Assembly: GCA_964016885.1 (NCBI GenBank)
Contig: CAXHJY010001730.1
Span: forward strand, 49,293-113,292
Length of the DNA stretch: 64,000 bases
Direction of reading: 5' to 3'
Source: Eledone cirrhosa
Taxonomy: Eukaryota
Below are positions 15,264 to 31,850 of this stretch, piece by piece. Under the pieces are notes generated by a model, which was not told the DNA's origin, did no database searches, and saw only the letters and a list, made by a program, of their open reading frames with translations. Each line of letters opens with the position of its first letter. Position 1 is the stretch's first letter. The translations under genes and the position numbers were made by a program.

Positions 15264-17532
15264 ATAATATAATATAATATAATATAATATAATATAATAT
15301 AATATAATATAATGTAATATAAGGGTATCCCAAAAAGTATATACACACTTCAACAGCATTTTAATAAATAAGTGTATGTGGAGGTCTTTCCGTATATATA
15401 ATTGTGTGTGTGTGTGTGTTGTGGTGTATTTATATGTGTGTGGCTGTGTTTGTGGAGTTTTTTGTATATATATACATATATATGTCTGTGCGCGTGTGTG
15501 TTGCTAGTTTCTACCTTTGTTTTACTAAAGCAAGTTTAGCTTGAAAGTGGGGTTTAAAACCCTTTAAAAATGAAATATATATATATATATATATGAGATA
15601 TAATATATTTATATATATATAATATATGTTTATGGCTGTGAACTGCTAGATAGCTTATTCAGTAGAGAAGGTTACCTCACACTGCACGGAACTATCGCAT
15701 AATATTGGGTTATCCTGCTGAAAACGTGTAATAGCCCTATTACGTAAATATCCGCTGATATTGCCTGATTTTCTGAACATTGCAGGAGTAAAATCTGCAT
15801 TTGTAAAGTGATATTACACAGAAACGATCATTACACCTATAACTAACTAAACAATAGCCAACTGTCTACAGTAATCTAAATGTGTGCACTCTGAACAGTT
15901 GATTGCAACTGCATAACTGCAATTCGCCAGATTCATTGACTGAGCTAGACGCTGGCCGAGGGACGCTGCATTTATACCAGCGATCTTCATTACTTTTGTT
16001 ATAAATATATATATATATATATGATGGCTGCCCCCTCGATATCGAGTATGGCCATTGCATGATATACCATTATTAATAAATATTAATTAATTCTATCGTG
16101 GTGGATTGGCAGTATTGGTAGAGTGTCGGATGCCATGCTTTGGCGCATAGAGTTACGGCCCTTACCATTCTGAGTTCATACATATATAATAATATATATA
16201 TATACATACATATATAATAATATATATATATACATATATAATAATATATATGTATACATACATATATAATAATATATATGTATACATACATATATAATAA
16301 TATATATATATACATACATATATAATAATATATATATATACATACATATATAATAATATATATATATACATACATATATAATAATATATATATATATATA
16401 CATATATAATAATATATATATATATATACATATATATAATAATATATATATATATATACATATATATAATAATATATATATATACATATATATAATAATA
16501 TATATATATACATATATATAATAATATATATATATACATATATATAATAATATATATATATATATACATATATATAATAATAATATATATATATATATAC
16601 ATATATATAATAATATATATATATATATACATATATATAATAATATATATATATATATACATATATATAATAATATATATATATATATACATATATATAA
16701 TAATATATATATATATATACATATATATAATAATATATATATATATATACATATATATAATAATATATATATATATATACATATATATAATAATATATAT
16801 ATATATATGTATACATATATATAATAATATATATATATATATATATACATATATATAATAATATATATATATATATATATACATATATATAATAATATAT
16901 ATATATATATATATACATATATATAATAATATATATATATATATATATACATATATATAATAATATATATATATATATATACATATATATAATAATATAT
17001 ATATATATATATACATATATATAATAATATATATATATATATACATATATATAATAATATATATATATATATACATATATATAATAATATATATATATAT
17101 ATATACATATATATAATAATATATATATATATATATATACATATATATAATTGTTTCTACTTTTGGCACGAGGCCAGCAATTACCCAGTGCATTACTGGT
17201 ACTATATACATATATATAATAATATATATATATATATACATATATATATACATATATATAATAATATATATATATATATACATATATATAATAATATATA
17301 TATATATATACATATATATAATAATATATATATACATATATATAATAATATATATATACATATATATAATAATATATATATATATACATATATATAATAA
17401 TATATATATATATATATATACATATATATAATAATATATATATATATATACGTATATTATATATATACATATATTATATATATATATACATATATAATAT
17501 ATATATATACATATATAATATATACATATATA

Positions 17533-17572
<40 letters not shown>

Positions 17573-17961
17573 TATATATATACATATATAATATATATAT
17601 ACATATATAATATATATATACATATATAATATATATATATACATATATAATATATATATATACATATATAATATATATATATACATATATAATATATATA
17701 TATACATATATAATATATATATATACATATATAATATATATATATACATATATAATATATATATATACATATATAATATATATATATACATATATAATAT
17801 ATATATATACATATATAATATATATACATACATATATAATATATATACATATATAATATATATACATATATAATATATATACATATATAATATATATATA
17901 TACATATATATACATATATAATATATATATATACATATATAATATATATATATACATATAT

Positions 17962-18004
<43 letters not shown>

Positions 18005-18057
18005 TAATATATATATATACATATATAATATATATACATATATAATATATATATATA

Positions 18058-20438
18058 TACATATAAAATATATATATATACACATAATATATATATATAT
18101 ATATAAATACATATATAATAGTATATATATATATATATATAAATACATATATAATATTATATATATATATATATATGTATATTATATATATACAAGATAT
18201 ATACATGTGTGTATGTATAACACGAAAGACAATCGAAAATTGTCTCTCTCAATTTAGTTCGTAGTACCAATTTTGTTTTATATCCATATATGTATGCCTG
18301 TCTGTATGTGATGAAACACAATTGAAAGTTATCAACAACTGGGTATTTCAAATATATATTTTTCATTAAAAAAATATACATCTAACAATTTGTAAATTGT
18401 GAGGAGGGGTTTCCTTTCATATATTTCATCACCTTTCTAAAACAATCGCCAGCTACCTTTCACGAAGATAAAACAATGGAAGGCTCCAATATTGTTTTTA
18501 AAAACTTACCAACTGCTTCCTTCCTGTGTAATATTTATCGCTGTCTTTTATTTCTGTCCTCTGTTCTATGTCTTCTGTCTTTCTATTGCTGTTGTATATA
18601 CTGTTTAGTAATAAAAATGTCATGAACATGGCGATTGGTACTTCCAGATAGGGAAACTCTTCTGAGAAAGAGATACAAATGAATGTGACATTCACCACAC
18701 TCACACACAAACATACACAGACAGGTACACACACATGCACGCGCAAACACAGACGTACTCACACACAAACATACACAGACAGGTACACACACATGCACGC
18801 GCAAACACAGACGTACTCACACACAAACATACACAGACAGGTACACACACATGCACGCGCAAACACAGACGTACTCACACACAAACACATACATATACAC
18901 ACACTCATTCACATACATTCACTTATTTTTCAGATAATATATAATATATAATACATATATACTACAATAAATATTACATATATACATACTATATAATAGT
19001 TTCTACTTTTTGGCAAAAGGCCAGCAATAACCCCAGTGCGTTACTGGTACTTTATTTTATCGACCCCGTAAGGATGAAAGGCAAAGTCAACCTCGGCGGG
19101 ATTTGAACTCAGATTGTAAAGGGACGTAACTATGCTGGAAAGCATGGCGTCCGACCCTCTACCAATACTGCCAATACACCGCCTATATAATATAATTGTT
19201 TCTACTTTTGGCACAAGGCCAGCAAATACCTAGTGCATTACTCGTACTTTATTTTATCGACCTCGGCGAGATTTGAACTCAGACCATACAGGGAGGTAAC
19301 TCTATGCTTCAAAGCATGGCGTCCGACTCTCTACCGATACTGCCAATCCACATATAATATAATATAATATAATTGTTTCTACTGTTGGCACAAGGCCAGC
19401 AATTAATCCAGTGTATTACTGGTATTTTATTTTATCGACCCCGTAAGGATGAAAGGCAAAGTTAACCTCGACGGGATTTGAACTCACACCGTAAAGGGAC
19501 GTAACTATGCTGGAAAGCATGGTGTCCGACCCTTTACCGATACTGCCAATAATATAATATAATATAATATAATGTAATATATGGGTGTCCCAAAAAGTAT
19601 ATACACACTTCAACAGCATTTTAATAAATAAGTGTATGTGGAGGTCTTTCTGTATATATAATTGTGTGTGTGTGTGTGTTGTGGTGTATTTATATGTGTG
19701 TGGCTGTGTTTGTGGAGTTGTTTGTATATATATACATATATATGTCTGTGCGCGTGTGTGTTGCTAGTTTCTACCTTTGTTTTACTAAAGAAAGTTTAGC
19801 TTGAGAGTGGGGTTTAAAACCCTGTAAAAATGGAATATATATATATATATATATGAGATATAATATATTTATATATATATAATATATATTTATGGCTGTG
19901 AACTGCTAGATAGCTTATTCAGTAGAGAAGGTTACCTCACACTGCACGGAACTATCGCATAATATTGGGTTATCCTGCTGAAGACGTGTAATAGCCCTAT
20001 TACGTAAATATCCGCTGATATTGCCTGATTTTCTGAACATTGCAGGAGTAAAATCTGCATTTGTAAAATGATATTACACAGAAACGATCATTACACCTAT
20101 AACTAACTAAACAATAGCCAACTGTCTACAGTAATCTAAATGTGTGCACTCTGAACAGTTGATTGCAACTGCATAACTGCAATTCGCTAGATTCATTGAC
20201 TGAGCTAGACGCTGGCCGAGGGACGCTGCATTTATACCAGCGATCTTCATTACTTTTGTTATATATATATATATATATATATGATGGCTGCCCCCTCGAT
20301 ATCGAGTATGGCCATTGCATGATATACCATTATTAATAAATATTAATTAATTCTATCGTGGTGGATTGGCAGTATTGGTAGAGTGTCGGATGCCATGCTT
20401 TAGCGCAGAGAGTTACGGCCCTTGCCATTCTGAGTTCA
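18058..20438 (+). repeat. Local duplication, copy 2
   Basis: Matches 13930-16177, with one extra SINE. Confidence 0.9.
18999..19549 (-). mobile_element. Three tandem SINEs
   Basis: Copies at about 18999-19184, 19194-19350 and 19371-19549. Confidence 0.85.
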
Positions 20439-20561
20439 AATCCCGCCGAGGTTAACTTTGCCTTTCATCCTTACGGGGTCAATAAAATAAAGTACCAGTA
20501 ATACACTGAGTAATTGCTGGCTTTGTGCTTAACGTAGAAACAATTAATTAATTCTATCGTG
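20342..20561 (+). mobile_element. SINE with 19-bp target-site duplication
   Basis: ATTAATTAATTCTATCGTG at 20342-20360 and again at 20543-20561. Confidence 0.9.
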
Positions 20562-21002
20562 CAATGCCTGTGCATGAAGATATTTTTTAAAGTGAGGAAA
20601 GACGGTGCACTGAACCAATCCCACTCTCTGAGCGAAAGTAGCTATAACCCGATAAGAAGAAAAGATCAACATCATTGGTAACTACTGAACCGCAGGTTTT
20701 ATATCGGAGTCATCCCAGTTTCCTGAGTTGCCTTCTCCTAGAAGAATGCCCTGACAAAGGCTAGCGGTCCTTCACTCCCAGTGGTTTAACCGTGCGATAC
20801 ATGTGTTTATACATATTTGCACACTTTTGGATGGCCGTTGACTCCTATGCGTTTCTTTCGCCCTTTGTCAGGTTTTGCTTTTTGTCCAGCAGGGTGTCCA
20901 AAATCACCCTCCTCACCAAGTAAACTTGGTAGGGTTGCCGGTTTATTCGCTGACGACCCGACAGGTATATATATATATATATATATATAATCAAAAGTAG
21001 GA

Positions 21003-21032
<30 letters not shown>

Positions 21033-21037
<5 letters not shown>

Positions 21038-21163
21038 AACCAGTAAGACCCCGACAGCTGAGCTCAAGCCGTTTCGACGGCTAATTCTGGACTGAATTAG
21101 CCAGTCCAGAATTAGCCGTCGAAACGGCTTGAGCTCAGCTGTCGGGGTCTTACTGGTTCCTAT
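21033..21163. repeat. Perfect 62-bp-arm palindrome containing a hammerhead-like 3' half
   Basis: Arms 21033-21094 and 21102-21163, loop AATTAGC. Contains GAAACGGC-TTGAGCTCA-GCTGTC. Confidence 0.9.
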
Positions 21164-21288
21164 TACCCACTCTACTACCTCAAGTATTGAGTACTTTGGT
21201 GCGTTATGGTCCACCTGGTTCCTTACCATATTTCCTTCGTTATATATATATATATATATATATATAAAATCAAATGTAGGATGATATA

Positions 21289-21325
<37 letters not shown>

Positions 21326-21328
<3 letters not shown>

Positions 21329-21412
21329 CGGGTAAAATTCCCGAGATCCATGGACGAGTTCTCTCCAGCGGTCTCTGTCCCTCATTATCGCTGCCATGTC
21401 CTGCGTCTCCTC
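21326..21412 (-). mobile_element. RTE-like LINE 3' end fragment
   Basis: Identical to about 22018-22103 (QDMAAIMRDRDRWRELV). Confidence 0.8.
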
Positions 21413-21813
21413 CTATCTTTATCTTATATATTATGTATACTCCAGTCCTACAAACTGTAGAGTGCTTCTTATCCGATATCTGCATTGCTTTATTGTACTA
21501 CAATAAAACTCACCTCCTACATATATATATATATATAAATAAACATATCAAACAATTACAGGGGATATTTTGTAAAGAGTGTAACATAAATAGTTACGAG
21601 GGTAACATATTCAAAATTAAACAAGAACTTTGAATAAAGATGCAATAATCATTAATCTCCTTTGTATATATTTCATTGAAGAAATATATTTCACCATTAA
21701 TCGGTGAATCATGTCAAATTTTGGATCATCAGCAAAGGAGAAGATTTAAACCATTTATGCTTACACACTCGTGTATGTATATATATATATATATATATGC
21801 TTACACACTCGTG

Positions 21814-21852
<39 letters not shown>

Positions 21853-21971
21853 ATAATAATAAAATTGAAGACTAAAATCCAAAGAGGGCTCGATAAGGAA
21901 AATATATATCAAATATATAAGAACCGTAGAGCAAATATTTATTAATTATTAAACTTTAATCTGTTATTTTA

Positions 21972-22015
<44 letters not shown>

Positions 22016-22017
<2 letters not shown>

Positions 22018-22303
22018 AAGGCGGGTAAAATTCCCGAGATCCATGGACGAGTTCTCTCCAGCGGTCTCTGTCCCTCATTATCGCTGCCATGTCCTGCGTC
22101 TCCAACAGACCAGTGTCTGTCCTTAGGGCATCAACATACGTTAACCTTGGTCTTCCTCTTCTAGTGTGTCCATGTAGGGGCTCATTGCTGTAGTGGAGTC
22201 TGTGCTGCTGTACAGGTCTGAGACTTGGACACTGACCAAGAAACTCACTCAGATGGGGGATGGGTGCTACACGAGAATGCTGAGGATGGCTCTGAACATT
22301 AAT
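22016..22303. mobile_element. RTE-like LINE 3' end with an inverted 5' segment
   Basis: Minus strand 22016-22183 reads EPLHGHTRRGRPRLTYVDAL...RDRDRWRELV. Plus strand 22184-22303 reads AVVESVLLYRSETWTLTK...DGCYTRMLRMALNI. Confidence 0.85.
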
Positions 22304-22779
22304 CAGTATACACTGAGGATGAAATTCATGAATATTGATACTTATATTTATATTTTTATTATTCATTTCATATAAATTGTTAACTTAACTTAATATGACA
22401 TGACGTAAAGTTATCACTGTCCCTCTCTCTATACATAGTATTTCTCTCTCTTGAGTGATGACTTGATATCTCTCTGTTGCTTTCCTTTGTTTTTCTTATT
22501 CCTTCCTTTTCTTTCTTTTTTATTTCCTCCTATCTTTATCTATCTCTTTCTTTTCTCCATACTTTTCTCTCTCTCTCCGATATTTCTCCAGGTTCTCTTT
22601 CTCTTTTCTTTCTCTCTCTCTGTCTTTGTTCTTTTCTCTTTCTTTCTCTCCATCTTTTTCTAATTGTGCTTAACACTATGACTTATTATATGAACAAATC
22701 ACTATCCAGACAGCCTCCAAAAGTAATGGTTGTATTTTAAAGGGTACGTCAAACCTATTTGTAAAACTGTTATATATTA

Positions 22780-22844
22780 TATTTTGTCTGATGAAGGCAT
22801 ACCATAATTTAATGTGGTATCCCTGAAATATGTATAATGAAATA
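22780..22844 (+). ncRNA. Minimal type I hammerhead ribozyme motif, family B copy 1
   Basis: TATTTTGT-CTGATGA-AGGcATACCA..TGGTATcCCT-GAAA-TATGT-ATA^-ATGAAATA; stems I, II and III can all pair. Confidence 0.7.
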
Positions 22845-23139
22845 AATATGGTTTTATAAACATAGTTTCCATTTATTAATATCGTATATATATATATATA
22901 TATATCAAATCGTGTGTCACTTCTCTACATTCCATACATATATATATATCAACTCGTGTGTCATTTCTGAGTGAAATATAGTTCGCTGAAGAAGTGAAAT
23001 AAAGCAGAAACATGTCCTCTGATTTCTGTTGGCTTCAAAATCGATTCCACTCAACATAAAGTCGTAAGGATTCAATCAACTGATTTATATCGCTTGTTTG
23101 TTGTCTTTAGATTATAAACACCCTCTGAGGGAGTTTTAG

Positions 23140-23592
23140 GTAGTGGTGGTGGTGGTCGTCGTTGTTGTGTTGTGGTGGTGGTTGTGGTTGTGGTTGTCTT
23201 GGTGGTGCTGGTGGTAGTGGTGGTGCTGGTGGTGATGGTGGTGCTGCTGGTGGAGGTTGCGTTGGTGGTGGTGATAGGGAATATTGTGGTGGTGGTGTTG
23301 ATAGTGAATGTTATGATGCTGCTGGTGGAGCTGGTGGTGAATGTTGTGGTGGTGTTGGCGCTGGCGGTGGTGCTGGTGGTGAATGTTGTGGTGGTGTTGG
23401 TGCTGGTGGTGATGCTTGTGGTGATAGTGAAGGTTGTGGTGGTTGTAGTAGTGGCAGCGGTGAGGGAGACAATGGTGATGGTGTTGGTGGTGGTGATAGT
23501 GAAGGTTGTGGCGGTCGTAATGGTGGCGGTGGGGGCGGCGACAATGGTGGTGATGGTGGTGGTGATGATGCTGATGGTGGTGGTGGTGGCGA
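23140..23592. repeat. (GGT)n-rich simple repeat
   Basis: Degenerate trinucleotide array; resumes at about 23743-23833. Confidence 0.9.
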
Positions 23593-23672
23593 CGACGTTA
23601 ACTTTCCAATGTTCTTACTAGTGCTCTTCTTTTTATTCTTTCCTTTTTGCTGTTGTTGTTTTCAATATACAG

Positions 23673-23723
23673 ATGAAAGGCCGCTTAAGAAATTGCGGAA
23701 AGGCAAAGATGAAAGCGATAACG
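23673..23723 (+). CDS. Candidate 51-nt symmetric (phase 1-1) host exon: (D)[16 protein letters not shown](G)
   Basis: Strong pyrimidine tract ending in TACAG, purine-rich non-repetitive island, donor ACG|GTCAGC, length a multiple of 3, NLS-like basic motif. Confidence 0.45.
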
Positions 23724-23833
23724 GTCAGCGGGAACTGACAGCTGGTGGTAGTGGTGGTGGTGGTAGTGGTGGTGGTAGTGGTGGTGGCCACGATAGTGGT
23801 GGCGGCGGGGGTAGTGGTGGTGGTGATGGTGAT

Positions 23834-26390
<2,557 letters not shown>

Positions 26391-26929
26391 TTTATTCGGC
26401 TTTCTACTCTTGTTACTTTAACTTTAACGAATATCCAATCAATCAGACTTCCATGATTGTTTACACACACACACCCGCACGCGCGCGCATCCATACATAC
26501 AATTTAATATTTTGTATATAATACTTTACCTATATATTCCTCTATTTGATCATGTGACCTCGGTGTTGATAGTTAGTGTGTGTAAGATTGTGTATGTGTT
26601 TGTGTGCATGTGTGTGTATGTATATTTGTGTGCGTGTTTGAGCTACTATATCTCCCGTGGTGAAACTACAGCTGTCTTAGAAAGATTTAGACTTGTACAT
26701 TTATTGATTGAAATATGTGTGAGAGATTGTTGTCTGACATCGATGTGTGTGACTTGTGTATTGCAGAAAAAAGAAAAATCCTCAAAACTTAGATGACCAG
26801 GACATTTATTTAACTAGCTTATTAGAGTGTTCGAGAAATTCTGCCACTTCACAAGGCATCTGTTAAGGAACAGGAAAAGCCCGCCTTCATTGAGTTCAAA
26901 TAACGCCACATATTCGAGTGTCGGCAGAA

Positions 26930-27270
26930 AATTTCATAGGATAACCAAGATACGTTCATAAACCTGGAACGAGACAATGCAGTTATTAATAAAAGAAAAA
27001 CAGTTGAAATTAATGCATGCAAGATTCTACAGCTCTAGCATCATTCTTTCATAGTCAACCTCGTATATATACATACACACACACATGCCGAGCATCGACT
27101 GAGAACTTCATAAGCTGACCAAGATACTCTCATGGAATAACGAAATGAAGTTTATTTTTCAACATAGTACCAGGAAAGAAACAATGCAGTTATTAATAAG
27201 AAATGCTGAAATTAATGCATTTCACATCCTTAGCATCACTCCTTCATAGTCAGCCTATGAACTTTCCATT
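26930..27270. mobile_element. Mariner-derived MITE remnants with an internal duplication
   Basis: Ends TTCATAAGCTGACCAAGA / TCATAGTCAGCCTATGAAC. ACAATGCAGTTATTAATAA occurs twice. A related end TACGAGGG...ATACTCTCATGGAAT lies at 28439-28530. Confidence 0.6.
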
Positions 27271-27329
27271 ATATTATTACAAGCAGAAAAACGCCGGATG
27301 GGGGAGGTTTCTTCTGCTAGCAATAGTAT

Positions 27330-27680
27330 AATAATATTATTAATATTCGATTTGTTTGCAAGTACACAGCCTCATAACATCATGTGCGTTTTCTAAACGA
27401 CTAATTTTCGGTAAAGCCGGCCGTAAAATCGCTCGGTATGTAAATATGGCCACTCAGCCGATGTATACCTTAGAGAATACTATGTATTCTCAGCAGTTCC
27501 AGTGGGTAGCAGTAACGAGAGAATACGTAGTCTTAATAAGAGGCAATAACTCCAAAAACATTGTTGACTGTTTCCTCTCTGCTACCACTGGAACAAAAGG
27601 ATGATATCAGTCGTCTAGAAAACACACATGGTGTTATGAGGCTGTTTGCTAGCAAACGAACCGAATATTAATAGTATTAT
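27330..27680. mobile_element. MITE with about 75-bp imperfect TIRs
   Basis: TAATATTCGATTTGTTTGC..ACAGCCTCATAACATCATGTGCGTTTTCTAAACGACT versus AGTCGTCTAGAAAACACACATGGTGTTATGAGGCTGT..GAATATTA. Confidence 0.8.
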
Positions 27681-28641
27681 AATATTATTATTATTATTAT
27701 TCATACAAGAATACATTTAGGTATCCACCAGGTTAGATCTAAAACAAGTTTTGCTATATATATATATATATATATATATAGGCAATGAATGACGTCAATG
27801 CTTTTCTGTCGTGCAAATGAGTCACGATGTTGCCAGTAGGCGGCGTGACAGTCGCTCGTCTGTGAGGTAGACATTGCCCTAAGATGATGGCGGCGGTTGT
27901 TATTAGAAACTCCAGGCGGTTAAAATTCATTAGGTGTGCCGTAGTGACATATGGCATCTGGGGGAGAATTTTTAAAATGGCGGAGCTCATCTTCTTTCCA
28001 GGTCTGAAACACACTCTTATATGCTTTGGGTAACTGTTTACTTCCCAGTGCGACAATACACACACACTCTCTCTCTCTCTCTCTCTCTCACATTTCCTCT
28101 CTCGCTCTCTCATTCCATCTCTCGCTCTCTCACTCACTCTTTCTCCCTCATTCCCTATCTCTCACTCACTCTCTACCATGCACTCACTCTCTCTCATATA
28201 TATACACACATACACTATTGATCATAGACACGTAGAGCAGTTAAACAAAATACATCGATTATTCGTTTTTGTTTTAAACCGTTTCCGTTTCACATTTGAA
28301 AAGGGGATTGTAACCCTGAAATATCATATTGAAATATACTGAGTAAAACATGTTTTCTTTTATTTGTCACCCTTTGCCCTTTATATATTTCTACTGCATT
28401 TTGTACCGACTTTTTCAAATTATCAGTTATTTATTATATACGAGGGCGGGTTGAACGGTTCATAGGTTGACTATGATACTCTCATGGAATGACTAAATAA
28501 GGTTTAGAGATTTTATATTTTTTAACATAGCCGCTGGAAAAAAAAACAAGTGATATCTTATATAAATATTTTACCCATTCATTAAGATGCTTAAGTAATA
28601 GAGACTAATTACCCGTTTAATTAATATATACATTTATGTGG

Positions 28642-28673
<32 letters not shown>

Positions 28674-28732
28674 GAACAGATTCAAGTTTAAGCAAAGAAT
28701 CGCTACTTTCACCCTTATCAAACCCTCTTCAG

Positions 28733-28786
<54 letters not shown>

Positions 28787-29145
28787 AATACATATACATA
28801 TATATACATACGTATCTATATATACATAAATATATGTGTGTGTATATATATATATAAATGTATACATATATACACATATATATAAATATGTATCTATATA
28901 TACATATATACACATATATATAAATATGTATCTATATATACATATATACACATATATATATACATATAAATACATATGTATCTATATATACATATATATC
29001 TACATATACATATATACCTATATGTACATATATGCATATCTATCTATATATACATATATACCTATATGTACATATATGCATATGTATCTATATATACATA
29101 TATATCTATATATAGATATATATGTGCATATATATGTATACATAG

Positions 29146-29214
<69 letters not shown>

Positions 29215-29215
29215 G

Positions 29216-29250
<35 letters not shown>

Positions 29251-29471
29251 AATAAACACTACAACAACGATACAATGCTACATAATGGTATGCTGCTTCA
29301 ATGCTATATAACTATACATATATATCCCATTGACTAAATATTGGATATTTGGTGGTGGCTATTTACACGAAGGGAAAATACGTGGTGGACTCTATGACGT
29401 AGGCAGAGAATAATCATTTCGTTTGAACAGTCGTAAGTGGTAGATGAATTTATTCACACACATACATACAT

Positions 29472-29535
<64 letters not shown>

Positions 29536-29628
29536 GTGTGTGGGGGGTGGGGGGTATGTGTGTGTGGGGTGGGTGGGGGGTATGCATGCATATATATATA
29601 TATATGTGTGGGGGTGGGGGGGTATGCA

Positions 29629-29664
<36 letters not shown>

Positions 29665-29681
29665 GGGGTGGGGGGTTTGCA

Positions 29682-29720
<39 letters not shown>

Positions 29721-29760
29721 ACATATATATATGCATGCATACACACATATATACCTGGAC

Positions 29761-29796
<36 letters not shown>

Positions 29797-30346
29797 TGCA
29801 TGTCTGTGTGTGTATGCATGCATAAATATATGTATATATATTTCTATGTATGTATGCATATATGTGTGTATGTGTGTGTATGTGTGTGCGTGTCTGTGTC
29901 TGTATGTCTGTGTGTGTGTATGTGTGTGCGTATGTGTATGTGTGCGTATGTGTATGTGTGTATGTGTGTGTGTGTGTGTTGGTATATAAATGCTTGTGTT
30001 AGTGGTATAATGTGCGTGAGAATATTTCAATGAATTTCGAGATTTCAGAAGCGACATCTTGTGTCAATAGTGAGAACCAGCATAGTTTCTTTCTCTTGGT
30101 CAGTTCTTAGTAGTTGCAGTGGTAGTGGTGATGTGAAGGTGGTGGTGGTGGTGGTGGAGTGATAGTAGTGGTGAGGTGATGGTGGTGGTGGTGGAGTGAT
30201 CGTGGTGGTGTGGTGATTGTGGAGGCTGTGGGGTGATGGTAGTGAGGTGATGGTGGTGGAGTGATGGTGGCGGTTCTTTTTCATCTCCTTTCTTTCTTTT
30301 TTTATTACCCAGTCTTACGTATATATATATATATATATATATATAA

Positions 30347-30377
<31 letters not shown>

Positions 30378-30426
30378 TAGAGAGATACATATCTATATAC
30401 ATATACACATACATACACCCACACAC

Positions 30427-30472
<46 letters not shown>

Positions 30473-31106
30473 AATATATATATATAGAGAGAGAGAGAGA
30501 GAAAGACAGAGAGACATACACACACACACACACACAAAGAGGATGGCGATGAGACAGAGAGAAAAATATGGTTGGTTGTTTGGTTGGAAGAATTTATTTT
30601 TTCTTTCTCAGTATTGTACCAAGCAATATATTTCAATATATTTCAGTGTGTACCAAGCCACCAATATGGCGCCCAGTAAATATTGAGGTGACTGTCATGG
30701 TGGGGCATCTTTGATCAATTTCTTCTTTGTCTAAGGTTGTGAACGGTTTTTAAAAACACCTTCACGTTGTTGTTGAAAATTATGGTGGTGGTGGTATTGG
30801 TGATGGTGGTGTGCATGTGTTTAGATAAATAGATAGACAGACAGACGGACATACAGACATAGATGGATAGATAATGTTTCTTTAGATAGATAGATAGATA
30901 TAATCTTATATTTTGATTTATAAACTCTGTTTCCCAGTTAAACTCGCTGACGGCAACAAGACCTTCCAAACACTGACAGCTAAAACAATATGGCCGAAAA
31001 AAGATTTCACAAAGTTTCACTGTTTAAACCTAAATTTTTTTGATTGATTGGTACATTGAATACTGCAAAGCATTCTATCCGCAGTTCTAACGACTCTGCC
31101 AATTCG

Positions 31107-31169
<63 letters not shown>

Positions 31170-31170
31170 A

Positions 31171-31271
<101 letters not shown>

Positions 31272-31376
31272 AAACAAAAATAACAACACAATCGGTACAG
31301 TATATGGTAGGAATATATTAGGTTAACGCTTGAAATTGCAGGAAGAGAGTCATAACGTTTCGGACGCTAGTCCTTC

Positions 31377-31431
<55 letters not shown>

Positions 31432-31708
31432 CAGACAGAATTATTTCTTTCATCATTCACTCTCATTTGGGAATGGTTTTGTATGGCGTCAGTTTGTGAT
31501 TTAAACTCGGGAATTTTATATTCTCCGAGCGAGAAGAGCCTTCTGAAGATAGTTCCGTTCTCAATGTAGATCCGCTTGGATTATCCGTTTATTTTGGAAT
31601 TTGAAACTGCGGTAAAGGCACATATAGTAAGAACAGCGAATTTTTTAAAATTTATTTTAAATCATTTTCTCTATTTGCTAGACCTGGATTTTATATATAT
31701 ATATATAC

Positions 31709-31850
31709 ATGAAGTTTCAGGACCCCGGCGGCTGAGCTCCGGCCGTTTCGACAGCTAGATCCGAATCTCTTCATATTACCCACTCTACTAGGATCGAGTA
31801 CTCTGGTGGGTTATGGTACACCTGATATCTTACCATACCCTCTTTGTTAT
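31709..31850 (-). mobile_element. Family C island (hammerhead-like 3' half) in (TA)n
   Basis: GGCTGAGCTCCGGCCGTTTCGACAGCTAGATC...GAGTACTCTGGTGGGTTATGGT; homologous to copies at 21033, 38460, 49061 and 49275. Confidence 0.75.

Larger units (their letters stand above)
13930..16177 (+). repeat. Local duplication, copy 1
   Basis: Collinear and near-identical to 18058-20438, including unique sequence, the 60-bp repeat and the SINEs. Confidence 0.9.

Noticed and set aside
15935-15980. Minus-strand TATAAAT plus TCAGT core promoter (also at about 20195-20240)
   Set aside because: The spacing is about 35 nt, there is no downstream gene, and it likely belongs to a Tc1-like remnant (FQQDN-like trace nearby).
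21670-21740. Minus-strand CTGATGA ... GAAATATATTTC as a hammerhead
   Set aside because: The spacing and stem II do not fit the core geometry.
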